Virus record (IMG/VR): IMGVR_UViG_2791355221_000001 | Span: 39,234 to 103,233 of that record | Source: a virus | Taxonomy: Duplodnaviria; Caudoviricetes | DNA: 64,000 nt | Strand: one strand, 5' to 3' | Part shown: positions 18,986-30,663 of the stretch, piece by piece | Layout of the letters: each line of letters opens with the position of its first letter | How positions within the stretch are numbered: the first letter of the stretch is position 1 | The notes under the pieces: generated by a model | What the model was told of the DNA's origin: nothing | Databases searched by the model: none | Seen by the model: only the letters and a program-made list of their open reading frames with translations | Made by a program: the position numbers and the translations under genes

Positions 18986-21214
18986 ATTAATAGTTATATT
19001 GAAATTGAGCTGATACCGACAAGAAAGTTATTTTATTCTGATACAACATCGTTTGGAATCTATGCCGCGGAAACAAAAGAAAAAGAAAAGGTTCAATTAA
19101 GTAGCTACTACAACTTCACAATTAAAGGAAAAATGCCAAAACTGGAATTGGGTTTGATACACAAAGCTGAAATAGAGGGTGTGGATGATCCGAAGTATGG
19201 GTTCGGATACCTAGTTCATTCGATTTATCAGGATGTACCCAAAACAGTTGAAACCCAGAAGGATTATCTTAAGGCTATTTTAACTGAGTTGCAAGTAGGT
19301 GAAATATATAAGGTGTATCCAGATGCAGATGTTATTGAATTAATTAAAAATGATGATTTCGAGTACAAAAAGGTCAAAGGTATTGGAGAAACTACATACC
19401 AACGAATCAGGCAGAAAATTATTGAGAATTTGGAATTTCAAGATTTGTTCAGTCAACTAGGAAGATACGGAATTACATATGACACCATTAAAAAGTTAAT
19501 TGATGAATTTGGTTCCAGCACCATTGCCATTCAGAAGATTAAAGAGAATCCGTATGTCCTCATTAGAATTAATGGCATCTCGTTTAAGAAAGCAGATGTA
19601 ATTGCAAGAAACATGGGAATCTCCTTGGATGATCCTCATCGAATACTTAGCGGTATAAAACACGCGATTGGAGAAGAGCAATCAAAAGGGCACACATACA
19701 TAGTTCTTAAAGAACTGCTTAAAAACTCGTTTGAATTGTTACAAATCGATACAGAACTTATACATAATCAATTAAATAGCTCTTTAAGTGCTGAAAATCC
19801 AGAAATTATTGCTAAAGGTGAAAACATTGCTTTGAATGGCACTTATTTAACTGAGCAAAGCATTGCCAGAAAAATGAAAGGATGGTTGAAGAATTCTGAG
19901 AAGTTAGATTTCAATGTTGAAAAATTTATTCAATCTATGGAAGAGAAATATAAAATCGCATTATCTGAGCAACAAAAGGAATTTTTCTATAATATCAAAA
20001 ACTATAGTGTCAATCTCCTTGTAGGATTTGCAGGCTGCGGCAAGTCAATGTTGCAGAAGCTACTGATTGATTTACTCGAACAGCTTGGATATACATATAA
20101 ACTACTTGCTCCAACTGGTAAGGCCGCGAAAGTATTATCTGGTTATGCCGATAGAAAAGCAATGACAATTCACAAGGCTATTGGTTACGGTCAAGATAAG
20201 AAGGAAAAGGATATTATTGAGATTACTGAGGACTTCGTGATTATAGATGAGGTCAGTATGTTGGATGTGTTTATTGCATCGATGACATTTAATAAAATGA
20301 TGAATCCTCAAGTAAGAGTACTATTAGTCGGAGATGCATTTCAAATACCTTCCGTACAATGCGGAAACCTGCTTCACGACATGTTGAGCAGCGGAGAAAT
20401 TCCAACTACAAAGTTAGATATAGTATTTAGACAAAGTGAAGGAGGAATCTTAGACATCGCCACAAAAATCCGCAAAGGCCAGAAATTTGTGGATGATGAC
20501 TTTACAGGGATGACTAAATTCGGAAAAAACTTAACGTTCCACTCTGTTGAGCAGAAATGGATGCCAAGCGGATACAAGCATTATTATCAGGAGTTTCTTA
20601 AAAAGTATAGACCTGAAGACATTCTTATTCTTACTCCAATGAAAAAGGGTGAACTTGGAACGTTCGCCGTAAATAAGACTATTCAAGAAATTGTTAATCC
20701 ACAAAATGATAATAAGAAAGAACTTGTATATACGGATGATTGTACTTTTAGGATAGACGATTACATTATTAACACAAAGAATACATATGAAATCATGAAC
20801 ACGGGAAATGAACTTGCTGAGATTGTTAATGGTGACACTGGTGTTATTGTAGATATTGTCACTGATTGGAAGAAGGATAAAAATAATGATGACATTCAAA
20901 TTGATATGAATGGAATTATTGTTGATTTTGATTTTGATACGATCAGGATTCCTTTGGATGACATCAAGCAATTGCTACATAGTTGGTGTATTACCAAACA
21001 TAAGAGTCAGGGAAGTTCGGCAAAAGTAGTAATTGTAATTTTGGATAAGAGTCATAAGTTTCAAGCAAATGCTAACTTATTGTATACCGCAATTACAAGG
21101 GCAGTAGATGAGGCAGTTATTTTATGTCAGGCTGAAACCGTTAATTTTGCGATGAGAAAAGTTGAGAATTTGAAGAGACATACATTCTTAATGGGGATGT
21201 TGAAAACAGAGTAA
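18986..21214 (+). CDS. recD2: RecD2-like SF1B helicase (probable ATT start)
   Basis: HhH motifs, GFAGCGKS, APTGKAA, IIDEVSM, HKSQGS, LLYTAITRA; frame open 49 codons upstream of ATG 19133. Confidence 0.9.
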   Translation: MNSYIEIELIPTRKLFYSDTTSFGIYAAETKEKEKVQLSSYYNFTIKGKMPKLELGLIHKAEIEGVDDPKYGFGYLVHSIYQDVPKTVETQKDYLKAILTELQVGEIYKVYPDADVIELIKNDDFEYKKVKGIGETTYQRIRQKIIENLEFQDLFSQLGRYGITYDTIKKLIDEFGSSTIAIQKIKENPYVLIRINGISFKKADVIARNMGISLDDPHRILSGIKHAIGEEQSKGHTYIVLKELLKNSFELLQIDTELIHNQLNSSLSAENPEIIAKGENIALNGTYLTEQSIARKMKGWLKNSEKLDFNVEKFIQSMEEKYKIALSEQQKEFFYNIKNYSVNLLVGFAGCGKSMLQKLLIDLLEQLGYTYKLLAPTGKAAKVLSGYADRKAMTIHKAIGYGQDKKEKDIIEITEDFVIIDEVSMLDVFIASMTFNKMMNPQVRVLLVGDAFQIPSVQCGNLLHDMLSSGEIPTTKLDIVFRQSEGGILDIATKIRKGQKFVDDDFTGMTKFGKNLTFHSVEQKWMPSGYKHYYQEFLKKYRPEDILILTPMKKGELGTFAVNKTIQEIVNPQNDNKKELVYTDDCTFRIDDYIINTKNTYEIMNTGNELAEIVNGDTGVIVDIVTDWKKDKNNDDIQIDMNGIIVDFDFDTIRIPLDDIKQLLHSWCITKHKSQGSSAKVVIVILDKSHKFQANANLLYTAITRAVDEAVILCQAETVNFAMRKVENLKRHTFLMGMLKTE

Positions 21215-21247
21215 AAATAATTAAATAAATTTATAAGGGGGAATCAT

Positions 21248-23098
21248 GTGGAATTACTGTTAGATATAGTTGAATATAAAAGTAAGCCGAGTAAAGAAGA
21301 AGTCAGGAAAATTAACTATAGAATTTTGAATCATCCCAATAAAGTAACAGTGCAACAATTAGCAAATGAAATTTTAAAAGGGAAGACATTCATTCCTGCT
21401 TTAATAAACAAAAAAGTAAATGGTAAACTGAGACGATCAATTAATTGTTGGTCGTCTCAGGAGGTTATATGCTTAGATTTCGATGATGGAATGACTATTG
21501 AGAATGCTTTAATTGAATTTAAAGATAACGCTGCCTTTATTTATAAAACATTTAACCATACTGACAAACATCATAAATTTAGAGTTGTGTTTATTTTAGA
21601 CCGCGTAATTACCAACTATAATGATTTTAGCAACATTATGAATGAGCTACTATCTCGGTATCCTATGGCTGATCGGAGTTGCTCTGATGGTTCTCGTATG
21701 TTCTATGGTGGTACTGAGATTATGCCAATCAATTATAATAATAGACTTGAAGTTTCAAATTACGTAGATAAAGATAAAAATAATTATAATGGGGATAATG
21801 TGTCCACGTTAGTACTAGATCTAAAACACTTTACTCCTTACATGGACACATTATCCCCCCTTGATGTGAATAAGCCTGTAAAATCAAGCAATTTGACCTA
21901 TATTAGAAGGATGGATTTAGATTCCTTACACTCTGTATTAAATCCAAATGAATTACGAGTACATACGCATGAAGAGGTTTATGATTATGTGAAAAAGCAA
22001 AATTTATCTGATTTTCTAGGAGTGACATCTGGAGGTTACTTTAGTTGTATCTTTCATAACGATGTAACTCCTAGTGCAAATATATTTCAAAATTCTGATA
22101 CTGGTCATTATATGTATAAATGTTTTAGTACAGATTGTACGTTTAAATTTGGAACAATTATGAAGTGTGTTGAAAGGCTATTGAAATGCGATAAGGTTTC
22201 AGCTCTAAGATTCCTAAGAAAAGTTTATAAGGTAAATTATCACGAGACAGATTGGCAGAAAGAACAGAAAGAAATTATTGAAGAGAATATGCGTTATGTC
22301 AGAAGTGATGATTTTAAACATGAGTACCCAGTGCAATATAAATTGATGAAGCCATACTTAGAAAATCTTCATACATTTTTAAGTTTAGCAAAAGACAATT
22401 TACCTCCAGAACAGTACAAAGAAGATCAAAAATTACCTTTGTTTTATACAACAATGAAGCAGTTTGCTAATTTGTGCAGTCAGAAAGATCCAAGAAGATT
22501 AGTTGACCGTATAGGATTGTTCGCATTTATGTGCTATCTATACAAACTGAAAGAAGATGAAGTACCAAAACATTTATTAAAAAAGGCTAAATTTGAATTA
22601 GTCAAAAATAAAAAAAGAGATGTGATGAATATGCATTCCTTTTTTATGATTGAATCATTTTCCGAGGAGGTTATGACAAGGGCTGAAGGGTACGCTCAGA
22701 GCTTTTATGATAACCATTTAACGATGAGTGCTTGGGGATGGGAATTGCTATATAGAACATTTGGGGAAGAAGAAGCAAATAGAGTGTATCCCCAATTGAA
22801 GAAGAAGAAAATTACAGAACTTAGTCATAATAGTGCTTATGAAATAGATAAAGCAATAAGAGATTTTATAGCTCAAAGAGGATGGGCAACTGAAAGAGAA
22901 GTCTTGGATTACGTTGAGTTGGAAGTTAAAGTGGATACATATAAGAATAGACAAATGAAGAGAATGATTGGTGAATTGCTGGAGAAGTATGGATTGAAGA
23001 GAAAGAAGCTGAATAATAAGTTAAAGGAAGCGTTGAGTATTCCTGATTTGCTTAATGAAGATGGGAATATGTGCTATCCCGTTATTATATATAAGTAA
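21248..23098 (+). CDS. AEP-type primase-like protein with CHC2-like zinc finger
   Basis: CLDFDDG, TFNH...KFRVVF, CIFHND..PSA..YKCFSTDC. Confidence 0.7.
   Translation: MELLLDIVEYKSKPSKEEVRKINYRILNHPNKVTVQQLANEILKGKTFIPALINKKVNGKLRRSINCWSSQEVICLDFDDGMTIENALIEFKDNAAFIYKTFNHTDKHHKFRVVFILDRVITNYNDFSNIMNELLSRYPMADRSCSDGSRMFYGGTEIMPINYNNRLEVSNYVDKDKNNYNGDNVSTLVLDLKHFTPYMDTLSPLDVNKPVKSSNLTYIRRMDLDSLHSVLNPNELRVHTHEEVYDYVKKQNLSDFLGVTSGGYFSCIFHNDVTPSANIFQNSDTGHYMYKCFSTDCTFKFGTIMKCVERLLKCDKVSALRFLRKVYKVNYHETDWQKEQKEIIEENMRYVRSDDFKHEYPVQYKLMKPYLENLHTFLSLAKDNLPPEQYKEDQKLPLFYTTMKQFANLCSQKDPRRLVDRIGLFAFMCYLYKLKEDEVPKHLLKKAKFELVKNKKRDVMNMHSFFMIESFSEEVMTRAEGYAQSFYDNHLTMSAWGWELLYRTFGEEEANRVYPQLKKKKITELSHNSAYEIDKAIRDFIAQRGWATEREVLDYVELEVKVDTYKNRQMKRMIGELLEKYGLKRKKLNNKLKEALSIPDLLNEDGNMCYPVIIYK
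21791..21858. repeat. 19-bp inverted repeat inside primase-like gene
   Basis: GGGGATAATGTGTCCACGT ... ACATGGACACATTATCCCC; 1 mismatch, 30-nt spacer. Confidence 0.8.
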
Positions 23099-24002
23099 GG
23101 ATTGGATAAAATTTAAGGATGGCTCTATACATGGTCATCCTATTTTGATTTTCAATGTAAAAGTATCCCCCGTGGTATGTATCGACAGTAATCGAGAGAT
23201 GAAATTTATTGTATCGTAAGTGTGGGTGAAAAGAGAATAAAGTGTTGATACGTAAGGCTTTATAGGCGATTAGGGTAAATTGAGATTGGATTATATCGTG
23301 AAAAGGTAGATGAGATAAGGGTTAGAGGTGACATGAGAGGCAAGATATAAGGGGAAAGGTGAGTTTGAGGGTAGATTAGAGGAAAATGAGATGAGGAGAA
23401 AACGTTGAAATATAGGGGATCTTGCGATAGCGTATCGATAGCATATTCGATTAAAATTTAGTGGAAAATAGGTGAAAAGTGGTATCGCTTGGTGAGCAGA
23501 ATGAGTGTCGATGGAGATGAGTTGCGGCGCAATACTTACTTTAAGTAAGTATTGAAGTTGTAAATATACCCCCATATAGGCAATAAAACGCATAAAATAA
23601 GGCTTTATAGATACTATGAAATATTAGTTCTAAGGTATCTATGAAATAGGATACAAATGTACAATGAGAACGGGTTAAGGTATGTTGCTACGTCAGGATC
23701 AACGTGAACATGAGAGCAATTCAACCTATAAAAACTAATGGGATTAGTCTGACGTTTAAATCGTCTTCTAACAATGATCTGAAGTTTTAACACATTGTTT
23801 AGCAACTATACAGTATATAAATTTAACTATATATCTTAATCGCCTTGTCTACTTATACAATGATGTATATTCACACTACACAACATTTCTATATATAATA
23901 AAAATAACATTTGACTAATACTATAAAACCGTGTTATATTATATATGAACGGTAAACACATCCATATCATATACTATCACATATCACAAAGGAGGCTTCA
24001 CA

Positions 24003-25067
24003 ATGTCTGCTCAACCAAATGTTATAGGTTTCAACTCTGACACAGTATACTCTGACATACTAACGTTCATAAATGACGAACGTTTCAGCGAAGGCACACG
24101 TATAGGTTACATGCATGATATCAAACTATTCTTCTCATTCATGAATAAGCCATCTATTGAGCAGCTAACGCACAATGACCTACACTATGAGAATAAGGAT
24201 ATCATACGTTACCGTAACTTCCTTATCAATGACAAGCAACATTCTAACGCTACATCTAACCGCAAGCTAGCATCACTCCAGTCTTTATATTCATTCTTTA
24301 AGCGCAACAGATATGATACTAAACATGGCATTGATACTGAAGTATTCCAAATTGATAAGCTTAAAAATAAAAGTAAATCATATGGTTATCTTACACCAGA
24401 AGAACTACAGGCCATGTTACAACTCGTATTAAATCAAGTTAAAGGGTATGAGAAGTATTGTCTTATTCGATTAGCTACTACTACTAGTCTACGTGAAGAT
24501 ACATTACTAAATCTTACATGGGATAACTTCGAGAAGAATGATCAACAGAACTGTTACTTTGTAAATACTGTTGAGAAGAAAACAGATAAAGAAGTTAGCC
24601 AACCCATAAGTGTTAATCTTTACAATGAACTGTTAGAAATTAAGAAGCTCGGCTATTTTCAAAGATATAAAGATAATAAGATCTTCCATGTAACAACTAA
24701 AACAATTTGGGAAATGATGTCAACATTAAAAAAAGAATTAAATATCAATGACAAAAGAAAAATAGTTTTCCATTCCTTTCGATCCTATGGAGCTAACTTC
24801 ATTCTAGAGACAACTGGAGACCTTGTAGCGGCTTCTAACCAGCTAAACCATTCTAATATACAGACTACTTATCAACACTATATAAACAAGACTAAAGACG
24901 TTCAAAAGAGTGCTGGATTATTACTTGATGAACAAATAGATCAAGATGCTTTTAATAAGTTAACTTTTGAAGAAATAAAGTTATTATTAAATGATACTAA
25001 AAATGGTTTGCGTTCTCAGTTACTTAGAGAGGCAACCAGAATAATAAAAATAAGAGAGGGATTTTAA
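24003..25067 (+). CDS. Tyrosine recombinase (YopP-like)
   Basis: SAM-like N-terminal domain; catalytic R (SLR), HSFR, H, Y apparently intact. Confidence 0.85.
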   Translation: MSAQPNVIGFNSDTVYSDILTFINDERFSEGTRIGYMHDIKLFFSFMNKPSIEQLTHNDLHYENKDIIRYRNFLINDKQHSNATSNRKLASLQSLYSFFKRNRYDTKHGIDTEVFQIDKLKNKSKSYGYLTPEELQAMLQLVLNQVKGYEKYCLIRLATTTSLREDTLLNLTWDNFEKNDQQNCYFVNTVEKKTDKEVSQPISVNLYNELLEIKKLGYFQRYKDNKIFHVTTKTIWEMMSTLKKELNINDKRKIVFHSFRSYGANFILETTGDLVAASNQLNHSNIQTTYQHYINKTKDVQKSAGLLLDEQIDQDAFNKLTFEEIKLLLNDTKNGLRSQLLREATRIIKIREGF

Positions 25068-25928
25068 ATGGTCGAATTAGAAGGAAAGAGAAGAGTAAGA
25101 GAAAATAAGAAGGATAATGTTACTTATTATATTTATAGATTTATAAACAAGAATGGAGAAGTTATTTATGTTGGGAAAACTGTCCAGCCAATCAAAAATA
25201 GAATGGGAGTGCATTTTGGTTTTAGTGGTCATTTAAAATTAGAATGCTATGAACAAAAAGAATCAATTGAGTACATAACTTTAAAAAGTAGAATAGATAT
25301 GAACATTAAGGAAATGTACTATATCGGAAAATGGAAGCCTGTATTCAATAGTGATTACAATAAATTATACCATGAAGAAATGACAATTAAAATTAATGAA
25401 GATGATAATTGGATTATTCTTAATGAGGATATTGAAAAATTCAATGAGAACAAAAAGAAAAAACCTATTAATCATCTAACACTCGAAGATATTAAAAAGT
25501 TTGTTGATTCAATTGATGTAAACACACTTACAGGGAAACGCGACAAGGCAATTCTTCTATTAAGCTTTTCATTGGGATTGCGAATAAGTGAACTGACATC
25601 AATTAATGTAGAAGATATAGAGATTACAGATAAAGAGTTAATAATAAAAATATTTAACAATACTAAAAATGCATATATTTCAAAAATAGTTATGTACTCA
25701 CATAATGAATATTGTACAATAGTTGCATTGCAAGACTGGATCAAAAATTCTAAGATAAAAAGCGACTCGCTGTTTCGCTCAATCAAGAAGAGTGATCTTG
25801 TTTTTACAAGATTGTCTAGTCAATCAGTTACAGACATAGTAAAAAAATATTCAACCTTGGCAGGATTTGATCCAACACTATATTCTGGTGATTCGTTGAA
25901 AAGTGGATACGTTAAATCAAACTTGTAA
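25068..25928 (+). CDS. GIY-YIG nuclease fused to partial tyrosine recombinase domain
   Basis: YIYRF...IYVGKT...R N-terminus; RDKAILLL..GLRISEL; degenerate SGDSLKSG; truncated before the Tyr. Confidence 0.75.
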   Translation: MVELEGKRRVRENKKDNVTYYIYRFINKNGEVIYVGKTVQPIKNRMGVHFGFSGHLKLECYEQKESIEYITLKSRIDMNIKEMYYIGKWKPVFNSDYNKLYHEEMTIKINEDDNWIILNEDIEKFNENKKKKPINHLTLEDIKKFVDSIDVNTLTGKRDKAILLLSFSLGLRISELTSINVEDIEITDKELIIKIFNNTKNAYISKIVMYSHNEYCTIVALQDWIKNSKIKSDSLFRSIKKSDLVFTRLSSQSVTDIVKKYSTLAGFDPTLYSGDSLKSGYVKSNL

Positions 25929-26018
25929 GAGATACCAGAACAATGCAACAGTATCCTAGGTAAACTATAATAATTATCACATGAGTCATTGACGAATAAC
26001 AGATTGCGATTTTTATAA

Positions 26019-26061
26019 AATAAAAATAATGATTGACATTAAATAATTTAATCCGTATAAT
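26019..26061 (+). promoter_or_regulatory. Consensus SigA promoter preceded by AATAAAAATAA
   Basis: TTGACA 26033-38, N17, TATAAT 26056-61. Confidence 0.8.
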
Positions 26062-26113
26062 ATGTATTATAAAGAGTTAACCAAATACATATCCACTAGG
26101 AGAGTGTTCACTC

Positions 26114-26350
26114 ATGAAAAAGACAACTGAACAACTTATGTCCATTGCCTTAAAATCCGTTAACCGTGCAACTGGTCTTACTTATTCCTCTATCTCATCC
26201 TCAGAGCTTCGTCGTGTTCTCATTGAACTAGCAGAAGATGGTGCATGGTCTGAGTATGAAGGTGATGGAGAATTTGACGGAGTTCATATTGATGAAATGT
26301 CAGACCGTGAAATTGCTAATATTTTAATTCGTGATTATGAAATAGCATAA
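26114..26350 (+). CDS. Hypothetical protein
   Basis: ORF with RBS after strong promoter. Confidence 0.7.
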   Translation: MKKTTEQLMSIALKSVNRATGLTYSSISSSELRRVLIELAEDGAWSEYEGDGEFDGVHIDEMSDREIANILIRDYEIA

Positions 26351-26689
26351 TAGTATAAAAATAACATATAAGGAGTGTTTAAAATGATTACAATAATCAA
26401 ACGCCTATACAACTGGTATATTAATCTTGAAGATGAAGATTTCTCAGAGTTTGTTCAATATTAAAAAGGAATTTTTCTAATGCAACTTATAAAAAATAAA
26501 AATAAGGCGGTATGTTAAAGTGAAAATCACATTGTCAATTATGTTTACCATTATCCTATTATTTTCATTCTCGACTCAAACTTTTGCAAGATCTTCACAC
26601 TCTACATATAAATCCCACACATCGCACAAAAGTACACATTCACACAAATCGACAACACACCATTATAAAGCCAAAGGAGCACAACATAA

Positions 26690-27028
26690 ATGAAAAAATT
26701 AATCATCTTTATCCTAACTCTTATCCTGTTTTCACTTTTCACATCTCAAGCCTTTGCAGCATCAAACGAAACAACTGTCACGACTACAATTGATTATGTG
26801 TACTATGATAACAATGACCATATGTATTACGCGGTTACAACTGAGGATAATACACCTTCTCAAGGCCGTTGGATGCTTGAAATTGAATCATTGTGCTCAT
26901 TGGATACAAACACACTAGATAGACTAAATAAGGCATACAGAGGCTTACACGTTGTTATAACGTACACTGGAGATATTACAACAGATTCAGATATAGAAAT
27001 TGTATCAACTGAATTTATAAGCCAATGA
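26690..27028 (+). CDS. Secreted hypothetical protein
   Basis: Sec signal MKKLIIFIL...SQAFA. Confidence 0.75.
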   Translation: MKKLIIFILTLILFSLFTSQAFAASNETTVTTTIDYVYYDNNDHMYYAVTTEDNTPSQGRWMLEIESLCSLDTNTLDRLNKAYRGLHVVITYTGDITTDSDIEIVSTEFISQ

Positions 27029-27080
27029 ACGAACGATTTCAATGGATATTTAATAAATAAAAAAAGACATTCCTATTCAT

Positions 27081-27341
27081 TCAGGATTGTCTTTTGTGTT
27101 CTATAGGTAAATATTTAATAACATCCGATTCCGTGAAAACTCTAAGTCCATTTGTCTGACCAAAGAAGTTTAAAGTATCAATAATTTTATGCAGCGTTTC
27201 AATCTTAATTTGTTTGGCTGATCCATTTGCTATCTCAGTAACAGTGTTGGATCGGATCTTACCCTCGACAGATAATTGATTCTTAGTAATACCAATTTCA
27301 ACTAATGTTTTCTCTAAAACAAATTCAATTCTCGAATCCAT
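27081..27341 (-). CDS. XRE HTH regulator
   Basis: GITKNQLSVEGKIRSNTVTEIANG. Confidence 0.8.
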   Translation of the reverse strand: MDSRIEFVLEKTLVEIGITKNQLSVEGKIRSNTVTEIANGSAKQIKIETLHKIIDTLNFFGQTNGLRVFTESDVIKYLPIEHKRQS

Positions 27342-27411
27342 ATATTCTTTCCTCCTTGTCTGCTTGTTCTAAATGATACCATAAAAGGAAAACAAAATAA
27401 ATCTAAATAGT

Positions 27412-27453
27412 TCAACTTAAAGGGTTGACTCCAACGTAAAAGGTTGATATTAT
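27412..27453 (+). promoter_or_regulatory. SigA promoter with two CAAC-N7-GTTG operators
   Basis: TTGACT-N17-TATTAT; CAACTTAAAGGGTTG and CAACGTAAAAGGTTG. Confidence 0.6.
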
Positions 27454-27488
27454 ATATACATAAGGTAACACATACGGAGGCGATTGAA

Positions 27489-30400
27489 ATGGAAATTATT
27501 AAAATTGAAACCTCGCTTAGAACATATGAATTACATATTGAAAGTAACAAAATTATCAAATGGTACAATATTGTTGAAGGTGAAAAAGTACCAATGAAGT
27601 TTGTAATGAAATCTGAAGGACATAAGGTTTATGAAGATAAGAAAGGTAAATTCATAAAAATAAACCATGAATTAGGAACATACAAACATTATATTAAATA
27701 GTAAATATAATAAGGGGATTTAGATCCCCTTGAATTTTTTCTCAATAGTTAATAGGAGAAATTACAATGGATACATATTGTTACCGTGATGTAATTAAAG
27801 AATTGAATAAAAATGAAATTGAGAATTTACATTTCAAAGATATTAAAGAACAGTATTACGCGTCTCTTTGTAGTGATGGTAAAATAAGATGGTGTTTTTT
27901 TGATAGAGGATATTATAAGGATGAAAATTTATATAGTAAACAAACTCAAGAATATATGAAGAATGCTCAGTTTCTCAAAGTTATTGGTACGCATCCTTGG
28001 ATATAAGGCAGATTACGCTGCTAGGGAGGAAATAGTAAATGGATATTGACAAAGCATTAAAAGCAATGCCTAAAGAAATTACTTATGATCCAATGGAACA
28101 TACTTCTATATCTGATTTACTTTTCTTGGTACAACACGAATTGGATTTGATGAGTGAAGAGCCAGAACACTTTGAACATGCTTCTAAGGCTGATTTAATT
28201 AATTTAAAAAGAAAATGTGTTAGCTTCATAAAAAAGTATAGCAAATAAAAGCAGGATTTCATCGCAATAAAAATAAAAAATGATGGAGTGATAACAATGA
28301 GTAAACTTACACAAAATGATATTGAATGGTTAATAGATATGGTACAACGTGGCGAACTCACTGCAGATCAGGCGAATGTCGAAAAAGTACGCATGGCACG
28401 TGTTCAAGTCGTGAGCAAATTATCTTCACAAGTTAGAAAAGCATTAAATGCAGCTGTAAAAACTGGCTATCTAGCACACAAGAAAAAAGAAGAGAGAAAA
28501 CCAGAGGTTTATTATCATCCAGACTTTGAACATATGGCAAATGAGGAACGGAATAAGCATGAATTAGAAATTATTAGCGCACTTGCTGGAATTGTTGCTA
28601 GACCATACGAAAATATTCTAGGAGGAAATTAAAATGGATGATATCACATCACCAAAATATAGCGTAGGCGATACAGTGTCTGCAAATTGGGCAGGAGGGC
28701 ATACCACAATGCACGTTATTACAAGCATTAAAAGAACAGAACGAGGCTTCTGGTATACTTGGAAAGATGATGGTCGTAATTGTGGAAATGGACTTCACGA
28801 ACATCACTTAAATATGATGCACAGTAAAAAGTAAAATTCGGATTATGACATATTTCTTTTACAAGTAAGATAATGAAACCTCACTTTTATTAGGTGACAT
28901 AAAGGAGATTAATTAATGCTAAAACTAAACGATTTCATATTGCTGAAGGCCATATATAGCGAGGAGCTTCACAACGCCATTCTAAAGCGCGATTCCGCGG
29001 CAATGAATGCAATTGTACAGAGGGACTATTCAGAGGAGCTAGAGGACGGTTATGTAAGCTTAGAGGCCATTGATACTGATAGGTTGTTCATTGAGTATAG
29101 TGAGATCCTGAATGATGAGGAAGTAATGGAAAGATTAATAATTTAAATAATAAAAATAAAGAATGTATTTACATATATAAATAAACGTGTATAATAAATA
29201 AATATAAGATATACATGGAGGCGATATACATGTTAGTTAAATTGAACGGTATTAAGTCTGTAGGATCTGTTGTAATTTATGTTGGCGGCAATAAAAAAGA
29301 GTACGAGTGTATTGTTGAATCATACAACGAAAAAAGTAATACATATGAGATTGGAACTGCAGATAATCGTTACGGATTCGGCAGTGCAAGTGAACGGAAC
29401 AATTGATTCAACATAAAACACCAACAGAAGAGGCAATCAATGCTTATTATGCAGCGGTTGAAAAAACAAATCAAGCTTGGATAGCTACTTGTGAAGAAAT
29501 TAATAAAATCGTTCAAGGGCAGGGATATGCATCCAAGGTTGAATGTCCTAATGATGATTGGATTGAACGTCTTGAAGATGTGGGTTATGCTATGGGTTAT
29601 GATGCTGCCTATGATGAAATGCACAAAGCGCAAAAAAATATGATCCATTCGGCCATGTCGATATAGTAATGGAAGGATTTCCACTTTGAATAATAAAAAT
29701 AAAATATGTATTTACATACATAAATATTATGTGATATAATCTCATTATCGAGTTAATATATAGGAGGCGGTTATTTTATGAATCTATACGTAAACCACCA
29801 GAAGAAAATTATTTGTGAGACAGTGAAAGAAATCAATTGTCCTGATGTGAGCGGAATAGGTAAAATTGAAAGTGAGTATAAAGGTGTAAAAGAACTACAA
29901 GCGAAAATGTTTGTTGAAAAAGAAGGTTTTCGAAAAGTAACTACGAAAGAATTTAGAGATTTACTCAAGGCTCACTAGTATGATAAATGAGTTGTTTTAT
30001 TGAGAGTAAGAATTTGGTAATATATGAACAACAGGAGGTGCCTCTATGATTCAAAGTAAAATTGCAATTGGTACTAACGTAACTATTACTAGTGGTCGTT
30101 TTAAGGACTTCAGTGGTGTAGTTGTAGATCATTTTACAGCAACCAGTAAGGAAACAAATAGGGTCGAAACAGGAGTAATTGTCAAGAACGAAGACGGAGA
30201 AGAACGACAAGCATTTGACACTAAAGTTGAAATAGTTAACTCACATTTGGAATTTGAAAAGTATTATATAGAAGAAACCAACAAATTATCTGAAGTTCAA
30301 TTAAAAAGCTATTTATGTTTAGATGGGAAAGAAAGAACCATTTCAATAAAAAAAGACTATAATGGGAATCTTCATTTCTCATTTAGATTGATTAAGAATG

Positions 30401-30510
30401 GCGAGACTTGGGGAGCTTCACATTCTACATACAACTTAAATAAAAAAATATTTGGAGATTCACTTGAAAATTTACTTGGAGAGGCCTTTCATAAATTTGA
30501 AAGTGAATAG
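27489..30510 (+). CDS. Run of small hypothetical phage genes (27489-27701, 27767-28006, 28039-28248, 28288-28632, 28634-28834, 28916-29146, 29215-29406, 29403-29666, 29778-29978, 30046-30510)
   Basis: Co-oriented ORFs, most with GGAG-type RBS; no family recognised. Confidence 0.65.
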
Positions 30511-30663
30511 AGGATATTTGTATGAAAAAAACGTGCAATGGATGCGGAGAATGAAAAACATATGGAAACTTCACTAGTCTGATATGACCTTGTGAGGCTT
30601 TTTTCTATTTGCATACAAATGCATGTTCGTGCGATACTGTTCTTATAACAGTTAAGGAGAATT

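Noticed and set aside
23291-23805. Minus-strand ORFs in the skewed region
   Set aside because: Low-complexity, atypical composition and no clear RBS; probably non-coding
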